Below, in pieces: positions 9,501-15,890 of a stretch of DNA of 52,775 nt. Numbering within the stretch: the stretch's first letter is position 1; each line of letters begins with the position of its first letter. The stretch comes from Candidatus Omnitrophota bacterium. GTDB lineage: Bacteria; Omnitrophota; Gorgyraeia; Tantalellales; Tantalellaceae. Location of the stretch: positions 1 to 52,775 of the forward strand of contig SLID01000091.1 in the NCBI GenBank assembly GCA_007135805.1, written 5' to 3'. The translations under genes and the position numbers were made by a program. The notes under the pieces were generated by a model. The model was not told the origin of the DNA, did not search any database, and worked only from the letters and a program-made list of their open reading frames with translations.

Positions 9501-12403
9501 GTGGTTTCTTCTCTATAATTTCCCAAAAATTCCCCAAAAGGTCTTCCGCTTTGTTTGATCGCGTTTATTCCTTCATGCCAATGCCTTTCGATTTCTTCAT
9601 CCGGATTCGACAAATGAAATGGATCTTCTGGAACAGCATCATCGGCTATATAAAGAAGCTTGAAACCAAATTTCTTTTTACGCAATGCGGGATCCTCCCT
9701 GCACATCCTATCCCAGTTCTTCCATAGCTCTTCCGCAATAACCAGAGCGTCCATAACATTGCTTTTATGGAACAAAAATGTTGTCCACTGTTCCTGAACA
9801 GTTCCTTCTTTGAAATATCGCCATATGTTAGTCCAAATTTGTTTAACGAATTCCGGCATATCCTCCCCATGATGCTGGAAATGCTCCCCCTTAAGACCGT
9901 GAGTGCTGACCCTTAAAATATCGATGTTGTCTTGAAGATCTTGCTCGAGATAGATTATGCCGTTAGTACATAGTGATATTTTTGCTAAGGGATTTTGCGT
10001 CCTAAGTTTTCTCATAAAATCATAAATGTCGTACCCCTCCCAGGAATACATGGAGGGTTCTCCTCCGCCTAAAACAAAAATGCTTTCCGGTTGCATTTCG
10101 GCGATCTTATCGATATTTTCGAAGAGCAGAGTCGCGCCCCCCTCATGGAGAGCTCCATACGGACATTTATAACAGCTTAGATTGCATTGATTGGTGGGAT
10201 GGACTTCGACAACTTTAACTTGTCTTGAAAAACCGGTAAGATCGCCGCTATGCGGTTTGGGCCCATACCCCTCGATTCTTTTCTTTATAACTTCACGATA
10301 GACATCATCAACCTTCCCATAAACAGACGTCCAGGAATATTCCTGCACGGTTTCGCTTATCCTCTTTCTCTCTTTATCGCTGACCTCTTCCGACAGCAAC
10401 GCTTTTATACCATTCTTAAAATCTTCGACATATCTTTTAGCTTGTTGTTCAGAAACTCCCTTTTCTGGTTTGCCTTGCGGGATCGGAGCCACTAAAACAG
10501 CATGCCCATCGGCAATAAGACCAGGCCTAACCAGCATTTGTGGCCCTCCGCGATCAGAGGCTATTACTCTTCGTCCACAAGCCAAGGCTTGCAACAATCC
10601 TAAACTAAATGGTTCGTTGTCTGAGGGCAATGCAAACACATCCGCAATATTCAGCAACTCTCCTACTTCTTCCATTGAAACCCATTTATTCAAAATTTTT
10701 ATATTTTCTTCCATCCCTTTGCTTGCGATGAAATCCCTGTATTCTGCTACTATCTCATCTGCCCCAGTACCTACAAATAAAGTTAGGACTTTTCCGGGAA
10801 TCTCGTTTGAATAATCCGCTGCAGCCTCCAGCAGATAGTCCAATTTTTTCCATCTAACATACCTCCCGACATAAAGCACTACCTTGTCATAATCTCCGTC
10901 TATGCCGTAACGATCTAGCAGCTGCTTTCTGTCAACATTTCGGGGATGGAATATTCGAGCATCTAACCCGTTCCCTATCATTTCTATCTGTTCATCTTTT
11001 AACCCATACATTTTTTGGGTTTCTTCACTGATGTCGTCAGATATGCTTAGCACCCTGTCAAGTCGTTTTATGGCAGGCCTAACCAAAGAGAGCATCTCCG
11101 GGGCTTCTTGCAGCATTTTCTGTTCTGTCCCGTGTGTCGTTGACACAATTGGTATCCACGGAGCGATCAGCTGTACCAGAGGGTTCAGCAAAAACAAATG
11201 ATTTGTATGAATTACATCTGGTTGATATTCCTCAATGAAGATCTTTAGACGGTGGTAGTATATTTCCAAAAACTCGACTAGATCTCTCTTTGACATGTCT
11301 TTGTAGCGGATAGGATTAAACGGCATGCCTGAAGAAAAAACAGGGATGGTCAGTTTTGTATCTGCTGTATCACTTTCAGAAAAGATTATCGTGTCGACAA
11401 GTGCTGTTTCTTCAAGTTTAAGATCTTTAGGCAAAAGTGGCTTCCTGTACGCAAGGGAGAGGGCCAAGCTTCCTCCCCGCCGCTGATGCTCCAATGCTAA
11501 AGATTCAACAACAACCCCGCTCCCGCAATTCATAGTGGGGCCGGCAATCATCATAAGCACTCGTGGAATAGGAGTTTGTGCAGCTCGTAAAGCCCATTCC
11601 TGGGCTTTCTCTGAGGCCCGTAAAAGAACATTGTCAACTGCCTGTCTGAAATTCTGGATCTGCCCCAGGACATTGTTTAAAATCCTTGTAGAAATGTTCC
11701 TGTCTGTAATTTTCAGCAAAAACGACGCTTTCTCTTCTTCCGTTCCTAACTCCTGATATCTTAAGATAAGTTCATATACGGCCGCGTCCCTTTCTTTTCC
11801 CTTTAGCTTTGGATCTGTGGCGATATTTAGCAGGGATTCAACTGTCTCATCTGTTCCGTCTTTTTCATGTGAATCTTGATCTTCAATCGCCGGTGTGTCT
11901 ATTTCAATTTTTTCTCTTTTGGGGGTTGTTTCCAATTCCTTTTGCGTAACATCCTCGTACCCTAAAACATTGCGTCCAACTTTAAAAGTCTTATCTCCAT
12001 CAGCACCTACGTAAGGAACATATGCTTCTCCTTTATCGAACCTTATTCCATCTATGTCTATGCCCTCTAAAACCTGGAATGTGCCTCGCCCAAGTTCTTT
12101 TCGTATAATTTGCGCAATATATTTTTCTCGTTCTTTGGCTACACTTTCAGGAACACTAAAAAAATAGTCTTGTATGTAGTTTAAAAAGAAAAAAAGTTCC
12201 GCTCTTTCCTGAAACGATAGTTCTGTTGTGAAATCCGGTGATAAGCTGAGATTGTTAATAAATATGCTTGGAACAGCAAGTGTGTCTGATCGGGGAGTTA
12301 GAGAAATAGTGGGATCGGCCCACGTTATATCCAACCAAAGAAGTAATATTGCCAGTAATGAGGCCGTTATTCGTAGAAAAGATTTTTTCACGGAAACATT
12401 CAT
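3569..12403 (-). CDS. giant multidomain protein (2,944 aa): N-terminal hydrophobic anchor, GT4 glycosyltransferase, 2x radical SAM with SPASM-like tails, TM hairpin, B12-type radical SAM, NPPW methyltransferase, unknown C-terminal module
   Basis: Single uninterrupted ORF in the six-frame track. Motifs read directly: EPFSLGLLQALACG (GT1/GT4 EX7E region), CNLSCYKC + GGGEP, CPSNCLTC + GGGDP, CSWGKCTFC, LDIGSGTG + NPPW. Confidence 0.85.
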   Translation of the reverse strand: MNVSVKKSFLRITASLLAILLLWLDITWADPTISLTPRSDTLAVPSIFINNLSLSPDFTTELSFQERAELFFFLNYIQDYFFSVPESVAKEREKYIAQIIRKELGRGTFQVLEGIDIDGIRFDKGEAYVPYVGADGDKTFKVGRNVLGYEDVTQKELETTPKREKIEIDTPAIEDQDSHEKDGTDETVESLLNIATDPKLKGKERDAAVYELILRYQELGTEEEKASFLLKITDRNISTRILNNVLGQIQNFRQAVDNVLLRASEKAQEWALRAAQTPIPRVLMMIAGPTMNCGSGVVVESLALEHQRRGGSLALSLAYRKPLLPKDLKLEETALVDTIIFSESDTADTKLTIPVFSSGMPFNPIRYKDMSKRDLVEFLEIYYHRLKIFIEEYQPDVIHTNHLFLLNPLVQLIAPWIPIVSTTHGTEQKMLQEAPEMLSLVRPAIKRLDRVLSISDDISEETQKMYGLKDEQIEMIGNGLDARIFHPRNVDRKQLLDRYGIDGDYDKVVLYVGRYVRWKKLDYLLEAAADYSNEIPGKVLTLFVGTGADEIVAEYRDFIASKGMEENIKILNKWVSMEEVGELLNIADVFALPSDNEPFSLGLLQALACGRRVIASDRGGPQMLVRPGLIADGHAVLVAPIPQGKPEKGVSEQQAKRYVEDFKNGIKALLSEEVSDKERKRISETVQEYSWTSVYGKVDDVYREVIKKRIEGYGPKPHSGDLTGFSRQVKVVEVHPTNQCNLSCYKCPYGALHEGGATLLFENIDKIAEMQPESIFVLGGGEPSMYSWEGYDIYDFMRKLRTQNPLAKISLCTNGIIYLEQDLQDNIDILRVSTHGLKGEHFQHHGEDMPEFVKQIWTNIWRYFKEGTVQEQWTTFLFHKSNVMDALVIAEELWKNWDRMCREDPALRKKKFGFKLLYIADDAVPEDPFHLSNPDEEIERHWHEGINAIKQSGRPFGEFLGNYREETTGFILPKEIYEAKLPLREVSKVDSCPLAKGHALIGADGNIYPCRIQAAASEHSYGRIEETSLQELLSERVNFFSDPLPECAHGCRLTQTLIGQTIGQNDPEDNRRPPREDETRVRGQETRDLQTEQKPEENPLEQVRGLLHNASTYGNMSTGKWLAFPDRAELVAQGRFDDIMPVNAQFVPSERCPSNCLTCTYGRSKDEISRCKDKSRYVMAFDDMKLYIDRLADAGVQSITFTGGGDPLFNKNLFEGIEYASRGRGLATGLFTEAHLVTDQIAERMVNVGLKFIRISFNAGRPITYKHFFGVPETMFYRALENVEKIAAAKEKFGKKLGLGVGVIITPLNFRELMEIARLIQAIADRHPGALQHIWYRPAVRYLRGVQLENTKTADCLEYIRTHPDLNRYYDDYYRFTYDAEQFPAYIFQAAMDDLEFRIRPYIEDRINGLSIFYPKTRIEAMDEIKKGFNQCRACPWLTFIGSDGNVYHCVEHGLDPAAVYGNLKSQTLDEIWQSQRRRDVIDFMKQEGLEKRCPPMCMLTEQNRAFETIAEALQTDEDREAVKKAIKIESRRFMDNIGRKIGDGIKFMQVGVLFALGILLVEMGFPLLIGRLLMAADLALILGLSISRMSSLQGKSTMAQKPRSHIEIPDSVHDVREQPQVSKSQAIRFTIISLFHDRYIFYAESLGPSVIKTYLKEQFQDKVEVDLVDLQFERNVDEVLQRLSVDPPEIIGLSAKVLTYAQMMEILEKRNKYKSFKEEGTLFVVGNVTGATAYEEIVRKHEDVMVVVGEGEEASRDLVSFVRGDKEIGEISNTAYWDKDRGQVVLNPVSDTLDFARLPLPDRQSATETLKRKGVVYAEFSRGCSWGKCTFCSMWTCQKREWRHKSLDDLLVELDALQEMGATHFEFTDSDFMGPNAKKASDLDIYKEFARRKIEAKNNLTFFAYLRVHSVYRQGDTEEVRQAKIETLKLLKEAGLKVVNIGGDFGSDKQSARFRKGTTKEEVKGAIRVLEEVGIENIKLGMVLFDPFMSFDELEEGIKFIETARLSEYIRFPFARVTFYETSPLTSLAKEEGILGEERTEALAFRATDFIDQRVGRLSRIFDAWHSGNKPIIFGIQEIRREGEVSCEIQSKAHYVLGNLRGQYYHLLGDMVSAYSGKDNHKLEAALFKHLTIRAGYLKELFELLKYSRGDGKASNNVYREAMALYYSDLLVIKVLMDSAKGLYLDWDQYRDWLDLEPDLSGEDRKDILNRTFMRVQEQIKFRNPKLRIPKPKIEEYWKSKGNELIKWRAVEPSHSECRHITSAQKVSKTYPDPQNAMYKQREKVFDQVVLKIASFTGASYEAVNQEIDLLRTSEKGAKMLWALSRRLEQISDPEHNELMSKMDLDAAIKYLLMLSWDIESGNDDLVFIDQYPSHNNANIDDLQKATKFCFNEIDVNKKSSITVKKVLLSVQTNSFSLSEIPRILEDEKNEPFEAIFDRRGQLTSRNIGIPEIDGLMLDNRVFNPVIHYQMTGLLASIIPSMKGEKFLDIGSGTGVLGIVAALRNADKVVGVDINKHACELSRINTRKYGVEDKVDIREVTDGMEGRFFEALDGSERFDTIIVNPPWGASTMSGELGKALSDPDQSFLRYFLQEAPHYLSSSGEIIIGYSSRNDYNEKNLIDVMESLRGVVDYDWEIIGSLEFTRPLYSEMFYAVRLTPVGVDRSYESYLNNRQAQVIRAYNEVSTSGYIRAEDGVEKIVLAVMGLIEERGEEKDIKRQIDIMKANVGRLYIDSIVASAIVKARSAKRMDQRIVIGLDTSWIPGMGKGDLQHNLMAPFLRELAGLENILRKLGFKNVKVVLSEGDSLAGEVLDAMKSEQGSGMKDTTFGNVIILADKSVVEAESFAVIRDGKGYERPFIAGIDATQLRAQYKECMNEQLYISIIEMITLTLEASVGVDISGSSLVDTIDIENNMIVFMPVVEVILYEMLRERYLGYIRLLQAA
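3572..4306 (-). other. giant protein C-terminal module (about aa 2700-2944), unknown function, apparently shared with the 852-aa protein
   Basis: Collinear by-eye matches to 47482-48210. Examples: NVIILADKSVVE/NTVTLLPAFGAE, RPFIAGIDA/TLIVPIAMG, YISIIEMITLTLEAS/SSSIFGFSMLNIARS, IVFMPVVEVILYEMLRE/IKLMPITPIDAEVLRS. Confidence 0.45.
4454..5056 (-). other. class I SAM-dependent methyltransferase domain (MTS/HemK-like, NPPW motif)
   Basis: Motif I FLDIGSGTGVLGIVAA (L2489 onward), VGVDIN, and motif IV IIVNPPWG (N2565; nt 4700-4711). Confidence 0.75.
6284..7522 (-). other. B12-binding-like Rossmann segment plus radical SAM core 3 (CX4CX2C)
   Basis: PEIIGLSAKV...LFVVGNVTGA precedes YAEFSRGCSWGKCTFCSMW (Cys 1825/1830/1833; nt 6905-6931). 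This layout is typical of class B (cobalamin-type) radical SAM enzymes. Confidence 0.6.
7640..7759 (-). other. internal hydrophobic hairpin (about 2 TM segments) splitting the giant protein into two halves
   Basis: MQVGVLFALGILLVEMGFPLLIGRLLMAADLALILGLSIS (about aa 1549-1588) sits between radical SAM module 2 and the B12-like segment. Confidence 0.6.
7889..8986 (-). other. radical SAM module 2 with SPASM/twitch-like C-terminal Cys motif
   Basis: CPSNCLTC (Cys 1152/1156/1159; nt 8927-8950), FTGGGDPLFN, then CRACPW..GSDGNVYHC..YGNL..LDEIW..CPPMC. Confidence 0.7.
9239..10222 (-). other. radical SAM module 1 with SPASM/twitch-like C-terminal Cys motif
   Basis: CNLSCYKC (Cys 740/744/747; nt 10163-10186), VLGGGEPSMY, then CPLAKG..GADGNIYPC..YGRIEE..LQELL..PECAHGC (Cys 1047/1051). 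Confidence 0.7.
10289..11560 (-). other. GT-B fold glycosyltransferase domain (GT4 / group 1-like)
   Basis: RVLMMIAGPTMNCGSGVVVESLA at about aa 281. C-terminal half has VGRYVRWKKLDYLLEA...FVGTG...FALPSDNEPFSLGLLQALACGRRVIASDRGGP. Confidence 0.7.
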
Positions 12404-12510
12404 GAAACCATTCTGCTTGTTTATTGATGCCTAAATAATACTATTTTATCATATAATACCCCATTTCTTAATCTTTATTTTCCTAACTTAGGGGTCGTCA
12501 TGGGGGATCT

Positions 12511-12713
12511 GGGAAACCAGCATTAAATGGCGGGCGTTAGTATGGGGGTTTTAGACATAAATTGGCGGGATTTTCGTTCTTTTACAAAATAATGGGGACG
12601 GTTCTTATTTTGTGACCTTGGACTTAAATTTGTTGCGTGAACACTCTCTCTTCTTTACGTGTGCATTTACATCATATTTCGTTTCTTTATAAGGACTTAC
12701 CCAACACGTCTGA
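12511..12713 (+). repeat. dispersed direct repeat, copy 2 (127-bp core 12587-12713 plus a left extension shared with copy 3)
   Basis: GGGAAACCAGCATTAAATGGCGGG...ATTTTCGTTCTTTT precedes the 127-bp core. Relative to copy 3 there is an extra segment of about 36 bp. A 15-nt unit CTGAACGCATTTTTT is tandemly repeated about 2.3x at 12710-12743. Confidence 0.9.
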
Positions 12714-12743
12714 ACGCATTTTTTCTGAACGCATTTTTTCTGA

Positions 12744-13421
12744 TTATGGCCAATGTTTCGGCACATCGATATCCACACCGGACTCGATCAAATGGCTTCT
12801 TTTCGCGGTATCAAGGATAACCTCGGCCACGTCCCGGGCGGGAATACCTTGAAAGCCCGACATACGTGTTTTGGTCAGCGGCGGGTTGATCGAGAAAATC
12901 TTTACAGCAGTTTCTTGGGCCAAGGCCTGGGTAAAGCCGCGCACACCGAATTTTGTGGCGCAATAAACGGTTAGGTTCTCATAGCCGGTCTTTCCTGAAC
13001 CGCTCGATATGTTGATTACAGTTTCTTTAGTGTGGGGCAAAGCCTCTTTGGTCATCTTAATAAGACCGGCCAAATTGACATTGATCTGCTGATCGATCTT
13101 TTTATGAGATTGGTTCTCAAGATGTTCCCATGTTATGCATCCGGCATTGTTTACCAGAACATCTATTGGTCCCATTTCACTAGCTGTTCGTTTTATAACC
13201 TCCTTAATGTTGGAAAGGTCCGCTATATTGAGCTTGAGCGTCATAACCCCGGGACTGCCCAGCTCTCTGCACTTCTCAGCTACTAGTTGAGCTGGTTTCT
13301 TATCCTGATAGTACGTTATTATTACTTTCGCCCCTTCTTTTGCAAATAAAAAAGCTGTTTCCCTCCCGATTCCTATGCTGGATCCGGTTATCAGAACAAT
13401 TTTACCTTTTAAACTCTCCAT
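12744..13421 (-). CDS. short-chain dehydrogenase/reductase (SDR) family oxidoreductase
   Basis: 225 aa. Cofactor motif ITGSSIGIGRE (TGxxxGxG), NNAG, and catalytic YCATK (YxxxK). Confidence 0.85.
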   Translation of the reverse strand: MESLKGKIVLITGSSIGIGRETAFLFAKEGAKVIITYYQDKKPAQLVAEKCRELGSPGVMTLKLNIADLSNIKEVIKRTASEMGPIDVLVNNAGCITWEHLENQSHKKIDQQINVNLAGLIKMTKEALPHTKETVINISSGSGKTGYENLTVYCATKFGVRGFTQALAQETAVKIFSINPPLTKTRMSGFQGIPARDVAEVILDTAKRSHLIESGVDIDVPKHWP

Positions 13422-13693
13422 TACGACCTTCCTTTTTTTCCTTTACGGCTCTTTCCACTTTAACGAGGGTTCTTTCGTTTTTGCCTTTTACCTCTTTGTC
13501 CTGTTCCAAACCCACGGTTATGATCTGATGCCCGTTTTTCTGCAGATATGTTTTGACCTTCCCCATTTTAGTGGACGTTATGGATACTTATGTTTTTCCC
13601 CGCCTTCGGCTTCAAAGCCAACTGCTGTTTACGTTCTCTCAGCAGTCGTGACACGTCCTTCTGTCGTCTGGTTATTGTGTGTTTGGTAATCAC

Positions 13694-13780
13694 CTATCTC
13701 CTACAACAAAGACATCCTTGGAGGGTAGTCATAAAAAAAAGTACCGCCAAAACAAAAAGTACTGAAACAGCTTTCTTCAT
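13694..13780 (-). CDS. 28-aa putative prelipoprotein/micropeptide (MKKAVSVLFVLAVLFFMTTLQGCLCCRR)
   Basis: ATG is preceded by GGAGGGGGAT. It has a hydrophobic signal-like segment and the lipobox-like LQGC. It falls below the 60-aa ORF cutoff. Confidence 0.3.
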   Translation of the reverse strand: MKKAVSVLFVLAVLFFMTTLQGCLCCRR

Positions 13781-13972
13781 ATCCCCCTCCCCGCTTCCAT
13801 AAACAAAAAGACAACCCCAGCCTAAACCAAGATTGCCTCCATATATTAAATCTTAATGTCCGCCACTATCCTGCTCCTCTGTGGCTAATCCTCCGTCTGC
13901 ATCATTGCAGATAACTCAATTGTACTACCCAGCTTACGCACTGGCAAGCTTTAACCTGCCGATGAAGAGCGT

Positions 13973-14030
13973 CAGGCACGAAACTGAAAGATCTTCAGAC
14001 TAGATCCCAAAAATAGGTGCGACCCCTTTT
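13973..14030 (+). repeat. 58-bp repeat, copy A (second repeat family)
   Basis: CAGGCACGAAACTGAAAGATCTTCAGACTAGATCCCAAAAATAGGTGCGACCCCTTTT matches 16513-16570 with 4 mismatches. A second short block, CGTTTTTAGAGAT, follows in both copies. Confidence 0.85.
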
Positions 14031-14158
14031 TCTTATTCGTTCTTATCTTTCGTTTTTAGAGATATGTTTCGTTTCTGCAAAAGAGCCGCCGGGATGGTCT
14101 CGGACTTTGCTAAGTCCAATTTGGAAAACTAATTTGTTACCAGGTTCTCCCTTGTAAA

Positions 14159-14184
14159 GCTTTCTTTACACATGTAAAGAAAGC
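14159..14184. promoter_or_regulatory. 26-bp palindrome GCTTTCTTTACA-CA-TGTAAAGAAAGC (core TTTACA-N2-TGTAAA)
   Basis: Perfect 12-bp arms. The same core palindrome recurs at 16733-16746 overlapping a promoter. It could also act as a hairpin 3' of the 14198 gene. Confidence 0.4.
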
Positions 14185-14197
14185 TGCCAGAACTCGT

Positions 14198-14794
14198 TTA
14201 TAACTCTTGAAGTTCATCAAAAAACCTTTCTGCCGAATCTATATTCTTCAAAGACTCATTCACTTCTTTTATGTCAAACTTCTCCGGATCAAATTCTTCA
14301 CCTATCCATTCTAACATAGATTCATACTCGGGATGTTTTGGGTTTGAAATCGCTTTTAAGAATTCTTCATAACCTGGAATTCCTCCGCAATCTTCCGGCG
14401 GACAACTACGTCTTCCATCAATACATACCGGATAGTATGCATTTTGGTCCGGCTCAATTATCTTTTCCAAAACCAATTCATGTTCCCACCCATCTCCCAT
14501 ATCATACTCATAGAGGAATTTTTTTATTTCTTTTTTTCCCAGATCTAATAGCCTTACTTCCCTTTCATCTATAGTTCTAGTGAAGCCTGGCTCCTCGTAC
14601 GGAACATTGTAAAACTTGTCTCCAACGTAAAATTGATGTAAATGCCCGCCTGCCCATCCCATTGTTTCCAAAATGATAGATGAGAGACGGTGCAGTGTGA
14701 TGCTGTTTTCAACCTGGATTCTACGCCAAATAGGAGGGCTACTGTCTTTTAGAATTATCTTGAACTGGCAAATGCTCTTTTCATTTTTCTTCAT
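14198..14794 (-). CDS. pRiA4b ORF-3-like (MM3350-like domain) protein
   Basis: 198 aa. The N-terminus FKIILKDSSPPIWRRIQVENSITLHRLSSIILETMGWAGGHLHQF is the hallmark opening of the plasmid pRiA4b ORF-3 family. Confidence 0.7.
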   Translation of the reverse strand: MKKNEKSICQFKIILKDSSPPIWRRIQVENSITLHRLSSIILETMGWAGGHLHQFYVGDKFYNVPYEEPGFTRTIDEREVRLLDLGKKEIKKFLYEYDMGDGWEHELVLEKIIEPDQNAYYPVCIDGRRSCPPEDCGGIPGYEEFLKAISNPKHPEYESMLEWIGEEFDPEKFDIKEVNESLKNIDSAERFFDELQEL

Positions 14795-14839
14795 ATCAAT
14801 TCCCTCCCCGAAAGATAACTGTCCCCCTCTTTATATTTG

Positions 14840-15307
14840 TTAAAACTTGAATTTTTTTTGCGGATCGATCTTCTTTATCTCTTTTTTGATTATATCAATG
14901 AATTTTCGTGCCGATTGCAGAGCTTTTTGAGCGTCTGTCTTTGAAAGGTGTAGTTTCCATGGTTCATATATGAACTTATTCCTATTCTTCCGCATATAAT
15001 CGAACTTAGACGTTAAAGCCTTGTATTCCTCTCCAAGAAAATGTTCGGCAAAAGAAACAACCGTTTTATGCTGAAAATTAGTGGTGGGCCGAAAACCTTT
15101 CATAAAAACAAATGCTCTTGCCGAATGAAGCATCGCGTTATAAGCCATTTCGTATGAACACGCCTCGTCTATTTCAAGTGTTCTTTCGCTGGCTTTAATT
15201 TTTTTCTCCGCTGCCTGTATTAATTTATCTATTTGGATTACGCTTATTTTTTCTTTCTTGATAAGTTTCTTTTCCAAAAGATCATTTAAAAACTTATCAG
15301 AGTTCAT
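14840..15307 (-). CDS. HEPN domain protein (putative toxin of an MNT-HEPN pair)
   Basis: 155-aa all-helical ORF with an R-x-x-R-N-x-x-x-Y segment (MRKNRNKFIY). It overlaps the upstream nucleotidyltransferase gene by 11 nt. Confidence 0.65.
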   Translation of the reverse strand: MNSDKFLNDLLEKKLIKKEKISVIQIDKLIQAAEKKIKASERTLEIDEACSYEMAYNAMLHSARAFVFMKGFRPTTNFQHKTVVSFAEHFLGEEYKALTSKFDYMRKNRNKFIYEPWKLHLSKTDAQKALQSARKFIDIIKKEIKKIDPQKKFKF

Positions 15308-15869
15308 CCTCTCCCCCTTTTATAAACACCTTCTTGCCTTTTATAACCTCGGCGACAAAGGAACCTTTTTTACTTTTTTCTTTTTTATATTCATTTTCAG
15401 TGTACGACGTATAATTGATCTCTTTGAACAACTCTCTCTCAAGTTCGCTTATAGCGCATATTAACCCATCGTCGTCAATATCATCTCCGATTAAAAACAA
15501 GTCTATATCACTATCTTTCCTTTCATCGCCTTTAGCGAAAGATCCGTACACAAAAGCTGTTTTAATGCCATTAATTTTCGCCACCGAAGCCTGGACATAT
15601 TTGATCACACCTTCTGTCTTATAGTAGATATTTTTCAATTCCTCGTATATGGGACTTTCCTTATTCAAAGAAAAAAGCTTAATATTGCCTACATTCCGGA
15701 CATTAAGTATTTCCATGGAAACAAGTTTTTTCAATTCCCGATGCAATGTGCCGACAGACATTTTATACGCTGACGCCAGCTGTCTTGTATAAAACTCCTC
15801 ATCAGGACTATCAAAAAACGCCTTGAATATGGTCTGGCGGGTTTTTGACCCCATTATCTCTTTAAACAT
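15297..15869 (-). CDS. winged-HTH plus minimal nucleotidyltransferase (MNT) protein
   Basis: wHTH-like FYTRQLASAYKMSVGTLHRELKKL, then NTase motif VYGSFAKGDERKDSDIDLFLI. Start moved to the internal ATG at 15869 (AAAGGGA SD); the track ORF extends to 15935. Confidence 0.7.
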   Translation of the reverse strand: MFKEIMGSKTRQTIFKAFFDSPDEEFYTRQLASAYKMSVGTLHRELKKLVSMEILNVRNVGNIKLFSLNKESPIYEELKNIYYKTEGVIKYVQASVAKINGIKTAFVYGSFAKGDERKDSDIDLFLIGDDIDDDGLICAISELERELFKEINYTSYTENEYKKEKSKKGSFVAEVIKGKKVFIKGGEDEL

Positions 15870-15890
15870 ATTGTTCCCTTTTTGAGAACA

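Noticed and set aside
12441-12452. Promoter for the giant gene (minus strand TGATAAAAT, extended -10).
   Set aside because: It is not listed as a feature. The AT-rich context makes such matches frequent, the -35 is poor, and there is no clear SD before the 12403 ATG. It is mentioned only for its similarity to the element upstream of the 852-aa gene.
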